A stretch of DNA of 64,000 nt from NCBI GenBank assembly GCA_910585375.1, contig CAJUCZ010000006.1:1253-65252 (forward strand). Reading direction: 5' to 3'. The translations under genes were made by a program, and so were the position numbers. The first letter of the stretch is position 1, and each line of letters opens with the position of its first letter. The DNA is from an uncultured Alphaproteobacteria bacterium. Lineage in GTDB: Bacteria; Pseudomonadota; Alphaproteobacteria; RF32; CAG-239. Of this stretch, positions 8,640 through 17,684 are shown one piece after another. The notes below the pieces were generated by a model. The model made no database searches. It was given only the letters and a program-made list of their open reading frames with translations, and had not been told where the DNA came from.

Positions 8640-9929
8640 CTATGCGGCCTTTCCTTTTCCGATAACGGTTTTTCCCCCCATATAAGGCTGAAGTTTGGCC
8701 GGAATATTCACCGTTCCGTCCGCATTCTGATGATTTTCCAACAACGGAACCAAAACCCGCGGCGTAGCCACGCCGGTATTGTTCAAAGTATGAACAAACT
8801 TGACCTTGCCGTCAGCGTTGTCTCGATAACGCAGATTTGTACGGCGGGCCTGCCATTCCGTAATATTGGAACAACTGTGGGTTTCACGGTAACAATTTTG
8901 CGTCGGCACCCAGGCTTCCAAATCGTATTGACGATATTTCGGCGCCCCCATATCTCCGGTACAAACCTCCAAAACCTGATACGGAAGCTCCAAATCCTGC
9001 AATACTTCTTCCGAAATCGCCAACAGCTTCTGATGCCATTTCTCGCTTTCGTCAATGTCATTTTTACAAATAACAAACTGTTCTGTTTTCATAAACTGGT
9101 GAACACGGGTCAGACCGCGGGTGTCTTTCCCGGCGGCACCGGCCTCTCGGCGAAAGCAAGGAGAAAATCCGGCATATAAAATCGGCAGTTCGTTTTCATT
9201 CAAAATCTCATCTGCCCGCAGAGAGTTTAAAATAAGCTCGGCCGTACCGGACAGATAAATGTCATCAGCCGGCATATAATAAATTTCATCACGGGAAAAC
9301 GGCAGATACCCCTGTCCGTATAACGGCCTTTCTTTGGAAATGGACGGCACTGTAATAGTGGTAAAACCGTGAGCGGCCAACTTGTCCAATACCATCATGT
9401 GAATAGCCAGCTCCAACTTTGCCAGCTCGTTTTTAATGGCATATGTACGGGCACCTGAAACTTTGGCGATTCGCTCCATTTCGCTCCAGTCATTAAGTTC
9501 CATCAGTTCAACATGGTCACGGGGCGCAAACTCAAACTTGCGCGGCTCACCTACCTTGCGTCTGACCACATTTGCGGAATCATCTGGACCGACCGGACTT
9601 TGCGGACTGGGCATATTCGGCATTCTGAGCATAATCTCGTCAAATTTGGCCTTGACCGCATCAAGCTCTTCCAGCTCTTTTTTCAGCTCTTCGCCGATTT
9701 CCTTACTCTTGGCAATAATCGCCGGCCGTTCTTCGGCAGAAGCGGATTTAATGGCATTACTGAGCTTGTTTTTCTCTTCCGATTTTGCCTGTGATGAGGT
9801 CTTAAGCTTATTCATCTCAAGATACAGACTTTCCAATTCATCCAGGCTGATTACCTTGCCATAGCCCTTTTTATCCAGTCCTTCCTGAATAAGCGGCTTA
9901 TTCTCAATAATGTATTTTATATCCAACAT
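8640..9929 (-). CDS. serS: Seryl-tRNA synthetase
   Basis: 429 aa. N-terminal coiled-coil arm (MLDIKYIIEN...) and class II motifs (FRREAGAAGKDTRGLTRVHQF, GVATPRVLVPLLENHQ). Confidence 0.95.
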   Translation of the reverse strand: MLDIKYIIENKPLIQEGLDKKGYGKVISLDELESLYLEMNKLKTSSQAKSEEKNKLSNAIKSASAEERPAIIAKSKEIGEELKKELEELDAVKAKFDEIMLRMPNMPSPQSPVGPDDSANVVRRKVGEPRKFEFAPRDHVELMELNDWSEMERIAKVSGARTYAIKNELAKLELAIHMMVLDKLAAHGFTTITVPSISKERPLYGQGYLPFSRDEIYYMPADDIYLSGTAELILNSLRADEILNENELPILYAGFSPCFRREAGAAGKDTRGLTRVHQFMKTEQFVICKNDIDESEKWHQKLLAISEEVLQDLELPYQVLEVCTGDMGAPKYRQYDLEAWVPTQNCYRETHSCSNITEWQARRTNLRYRDNADGKVKFVHTLNNTGVATPRVLVPLLENHQNADGTVNIPAKLQPYMGGKTVIGKGKAA

Positions 9930-10122
9930 CTTACAACTGTCCTAAAATTTTAATTAATTCTATCGGACTGTTAGAGTAGCAATTTTACAAATAAATACAA
10001 CACAAAAATGCAGTCTGTATACGAAAATATGCAAGAAGGAAGCGATTCGTATTTCACGCCGCATTGCCCCGTTCTTGCCGGCCTTTTATTCTTCCGCTTT
10101 TTCCTGCCCCGCATCAATCGTA

Positions 10123-10152
10123 GAAAAAGGGAGAAAATGTATTTTCTCCCTT
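10123..10152 (-). terminator. Rho-independent terminator after the 274-aa gene
   Basis: Stem agggagaaaat/attttctccct (10128-10151), followed by a T-run on the minus strand. Confidence 0.7.
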
Positions 10153-10158
10153 TCCCGT

Positions 10159-10983
10159 CTAGTTTCCGATATTAAGATTAACCTTATTCCAGCCGCCGGT
10201 TTTCTTTTCCTCCTGCGGTTTTCCGTCTTCCCAACCGCGGACAGGCTGCTTTCGTTTGTTAATCAGCGCTTTTTGCTCTTCCGTCTGTGCCACCCCAACC
10301 GGCAAAAGCTGGTTCAGCAAAGCCGGCGATACAAAATCCTGCCGTTTTTTCAACATTGGATTAACAATACTGTCAACTTTATCGGCAGACGGTTTCAGAT
10401 TAAAAGTTCTCACGGCGCCCCCGTAAAAAACCGAAAGAGAATGGCAGGGGGAAGACAACAACACATCGGTATTATCCACGCCGCGCACAAACCGCAGCAT
10501 GATCCGCGGATTGATAATGCAGTTTTCAGTTTTTTCAAAATCCACATTTCCGGCCGTTTTCAAAAAGCTGTCTACCACATCTTTCTGCTGCTCTTTGCTC
10601 AAAACACCGCAAAAACCTTTCAGCGCCATACCGTCCAAGTTATAGCCGGAATACGTATTGCTGCGGCTGGCCACTTCATAACAAAAAACCTGTTCGGCAT
10701 CCGTAATATTTTCCAGCGCCGGCCGGCCTATACCGTCAACAATCGGCTGCAGCACTTCGCCTTTGGCAGCTTTCTGCCCGCCGGTTTCAGCAGCTTGCAC
10801 CGTTTTTTCACCGTCCCTGCGCCAACCGTCCTTATCTCCCTGAAAAGACTGTACGCCTTCGGCCTCTGCTCCCAACCCCGACAATTCGTCAGCCACGCCG
10901 CCGGAAAAATCATCAACAGCCTGAACCTCTGAAAGCACACAAAATATTCCTGCTACTGTCAGCACAAACAATCTGTTCATCAT
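10159..10983 (-). CDS. Secreted protein of unknown function
   Basis: 274 aa. GAGGGAG RBS. Signal peptide MMNRLFVLTVAGIFCVLSEVQA|V. No recognisable catalytic motif. Confidence 0.6.
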   Translation of the reverse strand: MMNRLFVLTVAGIFCVLSEVQAVDDFSGGVADELSGLGAEAEGVQSFQGDKDGWRRDGEKTVQAAETGGQKAAKGEVLQPIVDGIGRPALENITDAEQVFCYEVASRSNTYSGYNLDGMALKGFCGVLSKEQQKDVVDSFLKTAGNVDFEKTENCIINPRIMLRFVRGVDNTDVLLSSPCHSLSVFYGGAVRTFNLKPSADKVDSIVNPMLKKRQDFVSPALLNQLLPVGVAQTEEQKALINKRKQPVRGWEDGKPQEEKKTGGWNKVNLNIGN

Positions 10984-11074
10984 ATCTCCCTCACGTTATC
11001 CTTATTTCTGATATAACGTAATCATTATAAAACAAAATTCCATCCAAAACCTTAACATACCGAAAAATCCCCAA

Positions 11075-11109
11075 GAAAAAAACCTCCGCACTGCTGCAGA
11101 GGCCTTTTT
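11075..11109 (-). terminator. Rho-independent terminator after the 947-aa gene
   Basis: On the minus strand, a stem cctctgc...gcggagg with one G-U pair, followed by a T7 run. Confidence 0.6.
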
Positions 11110-11116
11110 CTGATGA

Positions 11117-13960
11117 TTAGAACGGATCGTTATATTTAAGCGTCGGATCATTCAGACGATCAACATAACCACTGTCTTTGCTGGTATAACCAACCCTTAC
11201 TTTCGTCAACTGGTCATAACGGTCAACCAGTGTATCATTGTTAAAATCGCCTATATTCTTACGACGGTTAAAATAACAATAGACATTGGAGATTCCTACA
11301 ATCTGTTTGTTCCAGACCTCAAACAGGTTCCAGATAACGTCATCGTCAGCCCAGCCAGACCCCAGACCAATTTCTTCGGCATATTTCTGATAGTCCTTCG
11401 CCGGATACAGGAAGCCGATTGCCGCATTCCAACCATAACTGGTACCGCCGGTATCTTTGACCGAAACAAAAGACGTGTTCAACCAGGTGCTCTTTTGAAA
11501 AGTCAGCGCTTTCTTATACCCGTCGTAGCCATTATCTATGGCATCAGAACCATCCCAAAGCAATGAATTCGGATCTCGGTTGATTTGCAACTCAATCTCA
11601 TTTGCCGCACCGCTGCTTTTTTCAACCGGGTGTCCGGCCTGAGCCATTGCCCAGCTGATCGGGCTCAAAGTCGCCACCTTCAAATACCCCGGCGGACAAG
11701 TCGGCGCCGGCACAAAACCAAGCCACGGGCTGGTCTCGCACTTAAAAGTCGAAGAAGCACAACTTTTTACATAACTTTTGGTCTTAATTGTTCCGGAACC
11801 GAACAGCGCCGATGTATCCAGCGGAAACGAGTTAGGAGCGTCCGGCGTACCGTTTCCTGACATCAGCCAGTTCAGAGAACCGCCGCCGGCTTTGCAGTCT
11901 TTGTTCGCACAGTATGTACCGTCCAAAACATAAATACCCTTATTGATAAAGTCCGGCAGAATATCGCTCAGTCTGGCACCGCCGCGCGTTACCAGTTTAA
12001 TGTCATGCATAACCGAAGTATATGCCGGATTAACCTGATACTCGTCATACAGCGTCTTGCCGGAACTGCTCCTGTAACTGGCAGAATAAGCCGTCATATC
12101 CAACGGTACATTACTCACCAGACGGTCTGCCTTGATATAACCGTTCGGATCACTCTTATCGGACGTAGCATCATTGTTCCGCGCAATTTCAATCACGCCT
12201 TTGCGCACATAAACGCTGGCATCCGGCTTGGTACCGTCGGTATAATTTGTATCAATGGCAAAAATCTTGTCACCGGCCGCAGAAGAAGCAATAAAATTGG
12301 CATCATTCATAACTTTGACTTCCTTATCTGCCGGATTCACTTCAAAAATCGTTTTATCCAAATCATTCTGAACCGTCAAAGTAGCATTGTTAACCTCAAC
12401 ATTCGGCATTGTCCCCGTACTGTCGACAACCAAAGTTCCGGTTCCGTCGCCGACCGCAAAATGCGGCGTATCGGCATAAACTTCATCCGCCTTCATTTTA
12501 ATCAGCTCGTCCGCAACCGAAAAACCGCCCAGACCATCCGGATCACCAACCATAAAATTGTTAACCAGAATATTCACACTGTCAGGGTCGGCCACAAAGT
12601 TAAAAGCTCCCATACAGTTCCCCTGGGCATCGCGCTGCTGACAGCCTGCACGAAGCCGGTTTTTAACATCAAGATCTTCCATGTCGACCGGTTTGTCAAA
12701 TTTAACCTCATCCCGAAAACGCGCCGGCCCGTTCACACCCAGAACATAATATGGATCATAATCTTTAGGCATGTCGCCGACAACCAGATTCTTCAAATTA
12801 GAGGTTCCTTCAACCGTCAGATTTGCATTGATCGTTGTATTACCGGCATCATCAACCCTGAAGTTTCCGCCGCCGGCGGTCAGGCTTCCGGTAATTTCGG
12901 CGCTGCCGGCTTTCAGCAGTTCCTTAATCGTTGCCGTCAGAGCCTCCAAATGGCCTCCGATAGTAGCATCACCGGTCACGTCAAGCTTGCCGCCTACGGT
13001 AGCGTCTCCGCCCACATCAAATTTTCCGTCGACATTACCGTTTCCGCCTACGTCAATATTTCCGCCGATATTGGCATTACCGGAACCTTCAATGGTCAAA
13101 CCGCTGCCGTCTTTCAATAAAATCGCCTGATCTTTGTTATCCAGATTTTTTCCGGTCACAATCATCTGCTTCACGTCTTCAATGTTATGATCACCCATAT
13201 AAAGCGTAGTTTCCATAGTGTTCAGCCACGGTTCTTCTTCCATCCTCACACGATGCAAAACATTCTCACCGCTGTTGTTGCCGTTGGAAATCGCCCGAAT
13301 GGAAGTGGCCATGATGGTGTTTTCTTTTAAATTTGCCGGTTTCAATTTAAAATCGGCCGGATCAATCGTCCAAACTCCTTGCACACCTTGAATAACTTTC
13401 TTCTTATCCGCTCCTGTGCGATAAATACCGGCATTTGTACCAATCATCGAAGCAATACGCGAGGCTCTGAGAATAGGCATTTCCTGCGTTTCCGCCGGCG
13501 TAGTCACCAGCAATGCCGTCAAATCATGACGCTCGCCACTGTCAAAGTCGCGTTTTTTAACAATAACTTCCATGTTTTTAAAAGTTTTTGAACTGGCATT
13601 AAAACCATAAGGCAGATATTCGCAAAAATGCTCAAGCGGCACGGACTCGACCCCGCCGGAAAAATTATAGGTTTGACTTGTCGCCCCGGCACAATTTGAT
13701 GTGACTTTTTTAGAACCGTCCCCCAACCCGACAATAGTGTTGTAATTGTCAGACAGATAAGTGTCAATCCCTTCCATCACAATGCGGACTTGTCCGGCAG
13801 CATTGATGTCCTGCAGCTCGGTTGTCCTTTCCGCCGCTTTTTTGTAAAGCATCGGAGTAACCATGGCAATCAGGCCCAACATGGCCATTGCCTCAATCAG
13901 CAGGCTTCCTTCCTGCGATTTTTTTTCATCAAAAACCCGAACCATTGTTTTTCTCCTCAT
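11117..13960 (-). CDS. Giant prepilin-like (class III signal-like N-terminus) secreted protein with a Gly-rich beta-helix-like repeat block
   Basis: 947 aa. N-terminus ...KKSQEG|SLLIEAMAMLGLIAMVTPMLY has Gly at -1, Glu at +5 and a hydrophobic helix. The alternative ATG at 13945 has an AGGAG RBS and gives a 13-aa leader. Repeat block: GNANIGGNIDVGGNGNVDGKFDVGGDATVGGKLDVTGDATIGG. It has its own terminator. Confidence 0.7.
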   Translation of the reverse strand: MRRKTMVRVFDEKKSQEGSLLIEAMAMLGLIAMVTPMLYKKAAERTTELQDINAAGQVRIVMEGIDTYLSDNYNTIVGLGDGSKKVTSNCAGATSQTYNFSGGVESVPLEHFCEYLPYGFNASSKTFKNMEVIVKKRDFDSGERHDLTALLVTTPAETQEMPILRASRIASMIGTNAGIYRTGADKKKVIQGVQGVWTIDPADFKLKPANLKENTIMATSIRAISNGNNSGENVLHRVRMEEEPWLNTMETTLYMGDHNIEDVKQMIVTGKNLDNKDQAILLKDGSGLTIEGSGNANIGGNIDVGGNGNVDGKFDVGGDATVGGKLDVTGDATIGGHLEALTATIKELLKAGSAEITGSLTAGGGNFRVDDAGNTTINANLTVEGTSNLKNLVVGDMPKDYDPYYVLGVNGPARFRDEVKFDKPVDMEDLDVKNRLRAGCQQRDAQGNCMGAFNFVADPDSVNILVNNFMVGDPDGLGGFSVADELIKMKADEVYADTPHFAVGDGTGTLVVDSTGTMPNVEVNNATLTVQNDLDKTIFEVNPADKEVKVMNDANFIASSAAGDKIFAIDTNYTDGTKPDASVYVRKGVIEIARNNDATSDKSDPNGYIKADRLVSNVPLDMTAYSASYRSSSGKTLYDEYQVNPAYTSVMHDIKLVTRGGARLSDILPDFINKGIYVLDGTYCANKDCKAGGGSLNWLMSGNGTPDAPNSFPLDTSALFGSGTIKTKSYVKSCASSTFKCETSPWLGFVPAPTCPPGYLKVATLSPISWAMAQAGHPVEKSSGAANEIELQINRDPNSLLWDGSDAIDNGYDGYKKALTFQKSTWLNTSFVSVKDTGGTSYGWNAAIGFLYPAKDYQKYAEEIGLGSGWADDDVIWNLFEVWNKQIVGISNVYCYFNRRKNIGDFNNDTLVDRYDQLTKVRVGYTSKDSGYVDRLNDPTLKYNDPF
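12952..13103 (-). repeat. Coding tandem degenerate repeats (about 6-7-residue G-x-x-D/I-V-G-G units)
   Basis: My own translation of this segment gives GLTIEGSGNANIGGNIDVGGNGNVDGKFDVGGDATVGGKLDVTGDATIGG. Confidence 0.7.
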
Positions 13961-13962
13961 CC

Positions 13963-14631
13963 TTACTCAAACGGGGTCACATAAACCAGACAACGGTTAC
14001 AGTTCGCACAGGCGCAAGTTGTGCTGAAATTGCCGTTATCAACCACATAATTGGGAATATATACCATAGTATCTTCTCGTCCTTTTACCGCCATTTTATA
14101 ATTTTTGTCACCGCTGTGGCCGCCGGAGGCTGCATCAGACGCATCCAAATGTACGGCATAGCCGAAGCTGGTATCCATTCCCAAAATATTTTGCGAAGCC
14201 TTTAACAAATCGTTTGTCGGCGTATTCGAACTCAGATTAAGCCATTTTTGCGGAATATACCCGTATGTTATCAAATACCTCATGGCATCGGGAGAGGTAC
14301 AGTCGCCAATTCCCTGATCCCAGTTGTCTTTTCTCAGGCAATACACCTCGGTGGTAAAACCCCCGTCACAATTATAACCGACCGGCAGATAATCTTCCAA
14401 ATCAGTATCGCAGCCCAATGTTCCGGATGTATAGGTAATAACATCGCTGCCGTTCCGCGGCGGTGTTCTCTGGCGAATATAATCCCTGGCCGCACGCTGC
14501 TGAACGACCAGCTGCGAAACGACAACCTCAGCCTGCGGCTCAATCTTAATTTCCCGCATATCTCCGCGGACAGAAAGATTATATGAATATAACAACACCA
14601 TAAAGGTTGCCAAAATCATCCAGATATACAT
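13963..14631 (-). CDS. N-terminally membrane-anchored Cys-containing protein, unknown function
   Basis: 222 aa. TM segment MYIWMILATFMVLLYSY. Its stop lies 2 nt before the start of the 947-aa gene, so the two are likely co-transcribed. Ends in a C-terminal CACANCNRC cluster. Confidence 0.6.
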   Translation of the reverse strand: MYIWMILATFMVLLYSYNLSVRGDMREIKIEPQAEVVVSQLVVQQRAARDYIRQRTPPRNGSDVITYTSGTLGCDTDLEDYLPVGYNCDGGFTTEVYCLRKDNWDQGIGDCTSPDAMRYLITYGYIPQKWLNLSSNTPTNDLLKASQNILGMDTSFGYAVHLDASDAASGGHSGDKNYKMAVKGREDTMVYIPNYVVDNGNFSTTCACANCNRCLVYVTPFE

Positions 14632-14902
14632 TGCCTAAAGTTCCCAAAAAACTGTTTTTCATTATTTATAATAGCACCAAATACTCAAAATTCATAACAA
14701 AAAACAGCCGGCTTGCGCAGAATTCACAAAACTGTAACAACAAATTATCATCGAACTTATCATAAAAAACATAATTAAAGGTTAAAATCGCCGTTTTCCG
14801 CCGTTTTTTTTGAAGTTTAATTTGATAAGTGCGTTTTTTACATTTATTTCTGTAAAAAATGTTCTAAAATAAGTCAGATTGCGAAAACAACGGAGTACTC
14901 TG

Positions 14903-15424
14903 ATGGCCGGCTTAAATGATTTTGATGATGACCTTAAAGACAATCCTTATACCCGGAAAGACAACAAAAAAATTTTGTTGTTTCTGGTACCGGCACTGAT
15001 TGTCATCGGCATAATCGTCGGATTGTATTTTTTGTTTATTCCGAAAGCGGATAATTCAGAAAACCGCGGTTACAGCATTGTTGAAAAAGAAGAAAACGAC
15101 ACCAAAACAATTACCGTTTTTTATGATTTGCCGGAAATTTCCGTTCAGCTCCAAAGCGCGGATTCGCAAAACGCCGTGGTTAAAATCAAAATTAATATTG
15201 AACTTTCCAAAATGGAAGATATAAAAACTATAGAAAGCCTTATGCCGCAAATCACCGATGCCGCCGTCACTCATATTTCGGAACTTTCCCGAAATGAGAT
15301 CAGCGGTGCCGAAGGTCTGTACTGGCTTAAGGAAGAGCTCCTGTACCGGTTGTCGCTGATTGCCGCACCGGTAAAAATTTCAAACCTGAACTTCAAACGG
15401 TTTGAAATCCAGAAAACTAACTAA
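14903..15424 (+). CDS. fliL: Flagellar basal-body-associated protein FliL
   Basis: Single TM (ILLFLVPALIVIGIIVGLYFLF), then the FliL core (VFYDLPEISVQL...VVKIKINIELS...LKEELLYRL). The ATG at 14903 has a GGAG RBS. The track ORF uses TTG at 14879. Confidence 0.85.
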   Translation: MAGLNDFDDDLKDNPYTRKDNKKILLFLVPALIVIGIIVGLYFLFIPKADNSENRGYSIVEKEENDTKTITVFYDLPEISVQLQSADSQNAVVKIKINIELSKMEDIKTIESLMPQITDAAVTHISELSRNEISGAEGLYWLKEELLYRLSLIAAPVKISNLNFKRFEIQKTN

Positions 15425-15442
15425 AAGCTAAGGGGAAAGCTT

Positions 15443-16525
15443 GTGGCCGAAGAACAGGAAAATAAAAAGCAGCAAAAGCCCGACAACAAAGACTGGGCAG
15501 ATATGATCGAGATAAACGAAAACCTCTCGGCAAACCCTGACGACACGGCGGACAATACTGATTCCCGCGTGCTTAACCAAGAAGAAATCGACAGCCTGCT
15601 GGGCTATTCCTCCGGCGAAGAAGACGAACGGCGCAACCTTAAAACCGGCGTGCAGGCTATTCTAAACTCGGCAATGGTTTCTTATGAACGACTTCCAATG
15701 CTCGAGATTGTCTTTGACCGGCTGATTCGCCTGATGGCAACTTCTTTGAGAAACTTCACGCAGGACAACGTGGAAGTCTCGCTTGAAAGCATTGAATCCA
15801 TGCGTTTCGGCGAATATCTCGATTCGCTTACCATCCCCACCCTGCTCGGTGTTTTCAAGGCCGAAGAATGGGACAATTATGCTCTTGTTTCGCTCGACAG
15901 CGGCATAGTCTATTCCATTGTGGATGTTTTGCTCGGCGGCCGCCGCGGCACCGCCGCCATGCGCATTGAGGGACGTCCGTACACAACCATTGAACTGAAT
16001 ATCGTCAAAGATATGATACAAATCATCTTGTCGGATTTATCCACCGCCTTTGACCCGATAACCTCAGTCAACTTCACCTATGACCGATTGGAAACCAATC
16101 CGCGTTTTGCCACCATCTCTCGTCTGTCCAATGCCGTTATCGTTGCCCGCCTCCGTATTGACATGGAAGACCGCGGCGGCAAAATCGATCTCATGATTCC
16201 CTATGCCACGCTTGAACCGGTGCGCGAACTTTTGTTGCAAATGTTTATGGGGGAACGCTTCGGCCGCGATGCCATCTGGGAAAATCACCTCACGGAACAA
16301 CTTTGGGATACGGAAGTTCAGATTAACGCCGTTCTGAAAGAATGTATGATAAAACTCGGAGATATTGCAACATGGGAAAAAGGCTCTTTTCTGGATTTGG
16401 ATATGCTGCCGACCGACAATGTGGCACTGGTTTGTGGCGACGTGCCTTTGTTAACCGGCTCAATGGGACGCAAAAATGAACATGTTGTCATAAAAGTAAA
16501 CGGAAAGGCTGAAAAAAATGGATAG
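15443..16525 (+). CDS. fliM: Flagellar motor switch protein FliM
   Basis: 360 aa. N-terminal CheY-P binding-type motif LNQEEIDSLLG, followed by the FliM middle and C-terminal SpoA-like regions. GTG start with a GGGGA RBS. Confidence 0.9.
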   Translation: MAEEQENKKQQKPDNKDWADMIEINENLSANPDDTADNTDSRVLNQEEIDSLLGYSSGEEDERRNLKTGVQAILNSAMVSYERLPMLEIVFDRLIRLMATSLRNFTQDNVEVSLESIESMRFGEYLDSLTIPTLLGVFKAEEWDNYALVSLDSGIVYSIVDVLLGGRRGTAAMRIEGRPYTTIELNIVKDMIQIILSDLSTAFDPITSVNFTYDRLETNPRFATISRLSNAVIVARLRIDMEDRGGKIDLMIPYATLEPVRELLLQMFMGERFGRDAIWENHLTEQLWDTEVQINAVLKECMIKLGDIATWEKGSFLDLDMLPTDNVALVCGDVPLLTGSMGRKNEHVVIKVNGKAEKNG

Positions 16526-17015
16526 TTTTGAAATAATCATCAATGTCGCCATCATCGCATTGCTGGTACCGACGATTATTTTTGCTTACCGGCTGAACCG
16601 CAGTCTGACTGCCCTCAGGGAGAACCAAAACTCTCTGGCAAAATTGATCGGCGCTCTGAATGACGCAACCAACAAAGCCGAAAACAGTATTCCCAAACTT
16701 AAATCAGCTACTGAACATTCGTCAGAAGACCTGAAGGAAGTCGTTGACAATGCCAAAACCATAAAAGACGATTTGTTGTTTATCAACCAACGCGCCGATA
16801 GTCTGGCTGACCGCTTGGAACAGGTTATCCATAACAGCCGCGGCAACGTCAAAGACGAGAAAAAAAATAAGACCTCGGCTCAAATATTAAACATAGACAA
16901 AGCCATAAATACCGACACAGAAAACAATGCCGTGCCGGATGATGTTTTTTCTGTTGAAGATTCCCGCTCCGAGGCCGAGTTGGAACTTCTAAAAGCCCTG
17001 AGATCAATAAAATAA
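16518..17015 (+). CDS. Membrane-anchored coiled-coil protein in the flagellar cluster, unknown function
   Basis: 165 aa. N-terminal TM IIINVAIIALLVPTIIFAY. Overlaps the fliM stop by 8 nt. Confidence 0.6.
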   Translation: MDSFEIIINVAIIALLVPTIIFAYRLNRSLTALRENQNSLAKLIGALNDATNKAENSIPKLKSATEHSSEDLKEVVDNAKTIKDDLLFINQRADSLADRLEQVIHNSRGNVKDEKKNKTSAQILNIDKAINTDTENNAVPDDVFSVEDSRSEAELELLKALRSIK

Positions 17016-17024
17016 GGTCAGACA

Positions 17025-17669
17025 ATGATAAATAAAATAGCCAGCCGTATTCGCATTCTACCGATTTTTATATTCTTCGCCGTTTTAACGCTTTCCGTTC
17101 GCGTCAATACGGTTTTTGACCTGTTAAAACAAAAAGAAACCAAAACCATCAGCATTTCCCAGCAAGCAGCACAGGCTCAGGAAGAAATGAAAAAAGAAAA
17201 CAGCGACCTGAGTAAAGCCCTGAACAGCAACACATCGGCTGCCGGTTCGGCAGCCGCCCCCAACAACAGCTTTTCGCAATCAGAAATCCTGATTCTGCAG
17301 GAACTCGCCGAACGGCGGGAAGCCTTGGATCTGCGCAGCAAAGAAATTGACAAAAAAGCTATCCAGCTCAAAGTCGCGGAAGAAGAAATTGATAAAAAAC
17401 TTGCGCAATTGAAAGAATATGAAGCCAAACTGCAAAAACTCGTCCGAGAATATAATGATAAGGAAAAAGAAAAAATATCTTCTTTGACCCGCTTGTATTC
17501 AACTATGAAACCCAAAGATGCCGCCCGTATTTTCAATACGCTGGAACTGCATATTCTGATCCCGTTGTTAAAAGAAATGAAACCTTCGGTTTCTTCCGCC
17601 ATCATCTCACAAATGGACGCCGCCAAAGCCAAGGCCGTTACAACCGAACTGATAGGCAACAATTTCTAA
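17025..17669 (+). CDS. MotE-family (MgtE-N-like) flagellar protein
   Basis: 214 aa. N-terminal TM, a coiled coil, and a C-terminal MKPKDAARIFNTLELHILIPLLKEMKPSVSSAIISQMDAAKAKAVTTEL typical of MotE/FlbB-type proteins. Confidence 0.65.
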   Translation: MINKIASRIRILPIFIFFAVLTLSVRVNTVFDLLKQKETKTISISQQAAQAQEEMKKENSDLSKALNSNTSAAGSAAAPNNSFSQSEILILQELAERREALDLRSKEIDKKAIQLKVAEEEIDKKLAQLKEYEAKLQKLVREYNDKEKEKISSLTRLYSTMKPKDAARIFNTLELHILIPLLKEMKPSVSSAIISQMDAAKAKAVTTELIGNNF

Positions 17670-17684
17670 CCAAAGGCAAAAGCA

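Noticed and set aside
12005-13120. 371-aa and 119-aa plus-strand ORFs inside the pilin-like gene; similar shadows at 10075-10932, 20771-21304, 22903-23610, 54711-55643 and 60272-60961
   Set aside because: All lie antisense to longer ORFs that have recognisable domains or signals. None has a start context or a motif of its own.
14780-14830. Possible sigma28-type flagellar promoter (TAAAGGTT ... GCCGTTTT, with cgccgtttt occurring twice) upstream of fliL
   Set aside because: The distance from TAAA to either GCCG element is about 10 or 20 nt, not the roughly 15 nt of the consensus. I cannot support the call from sequence alone.
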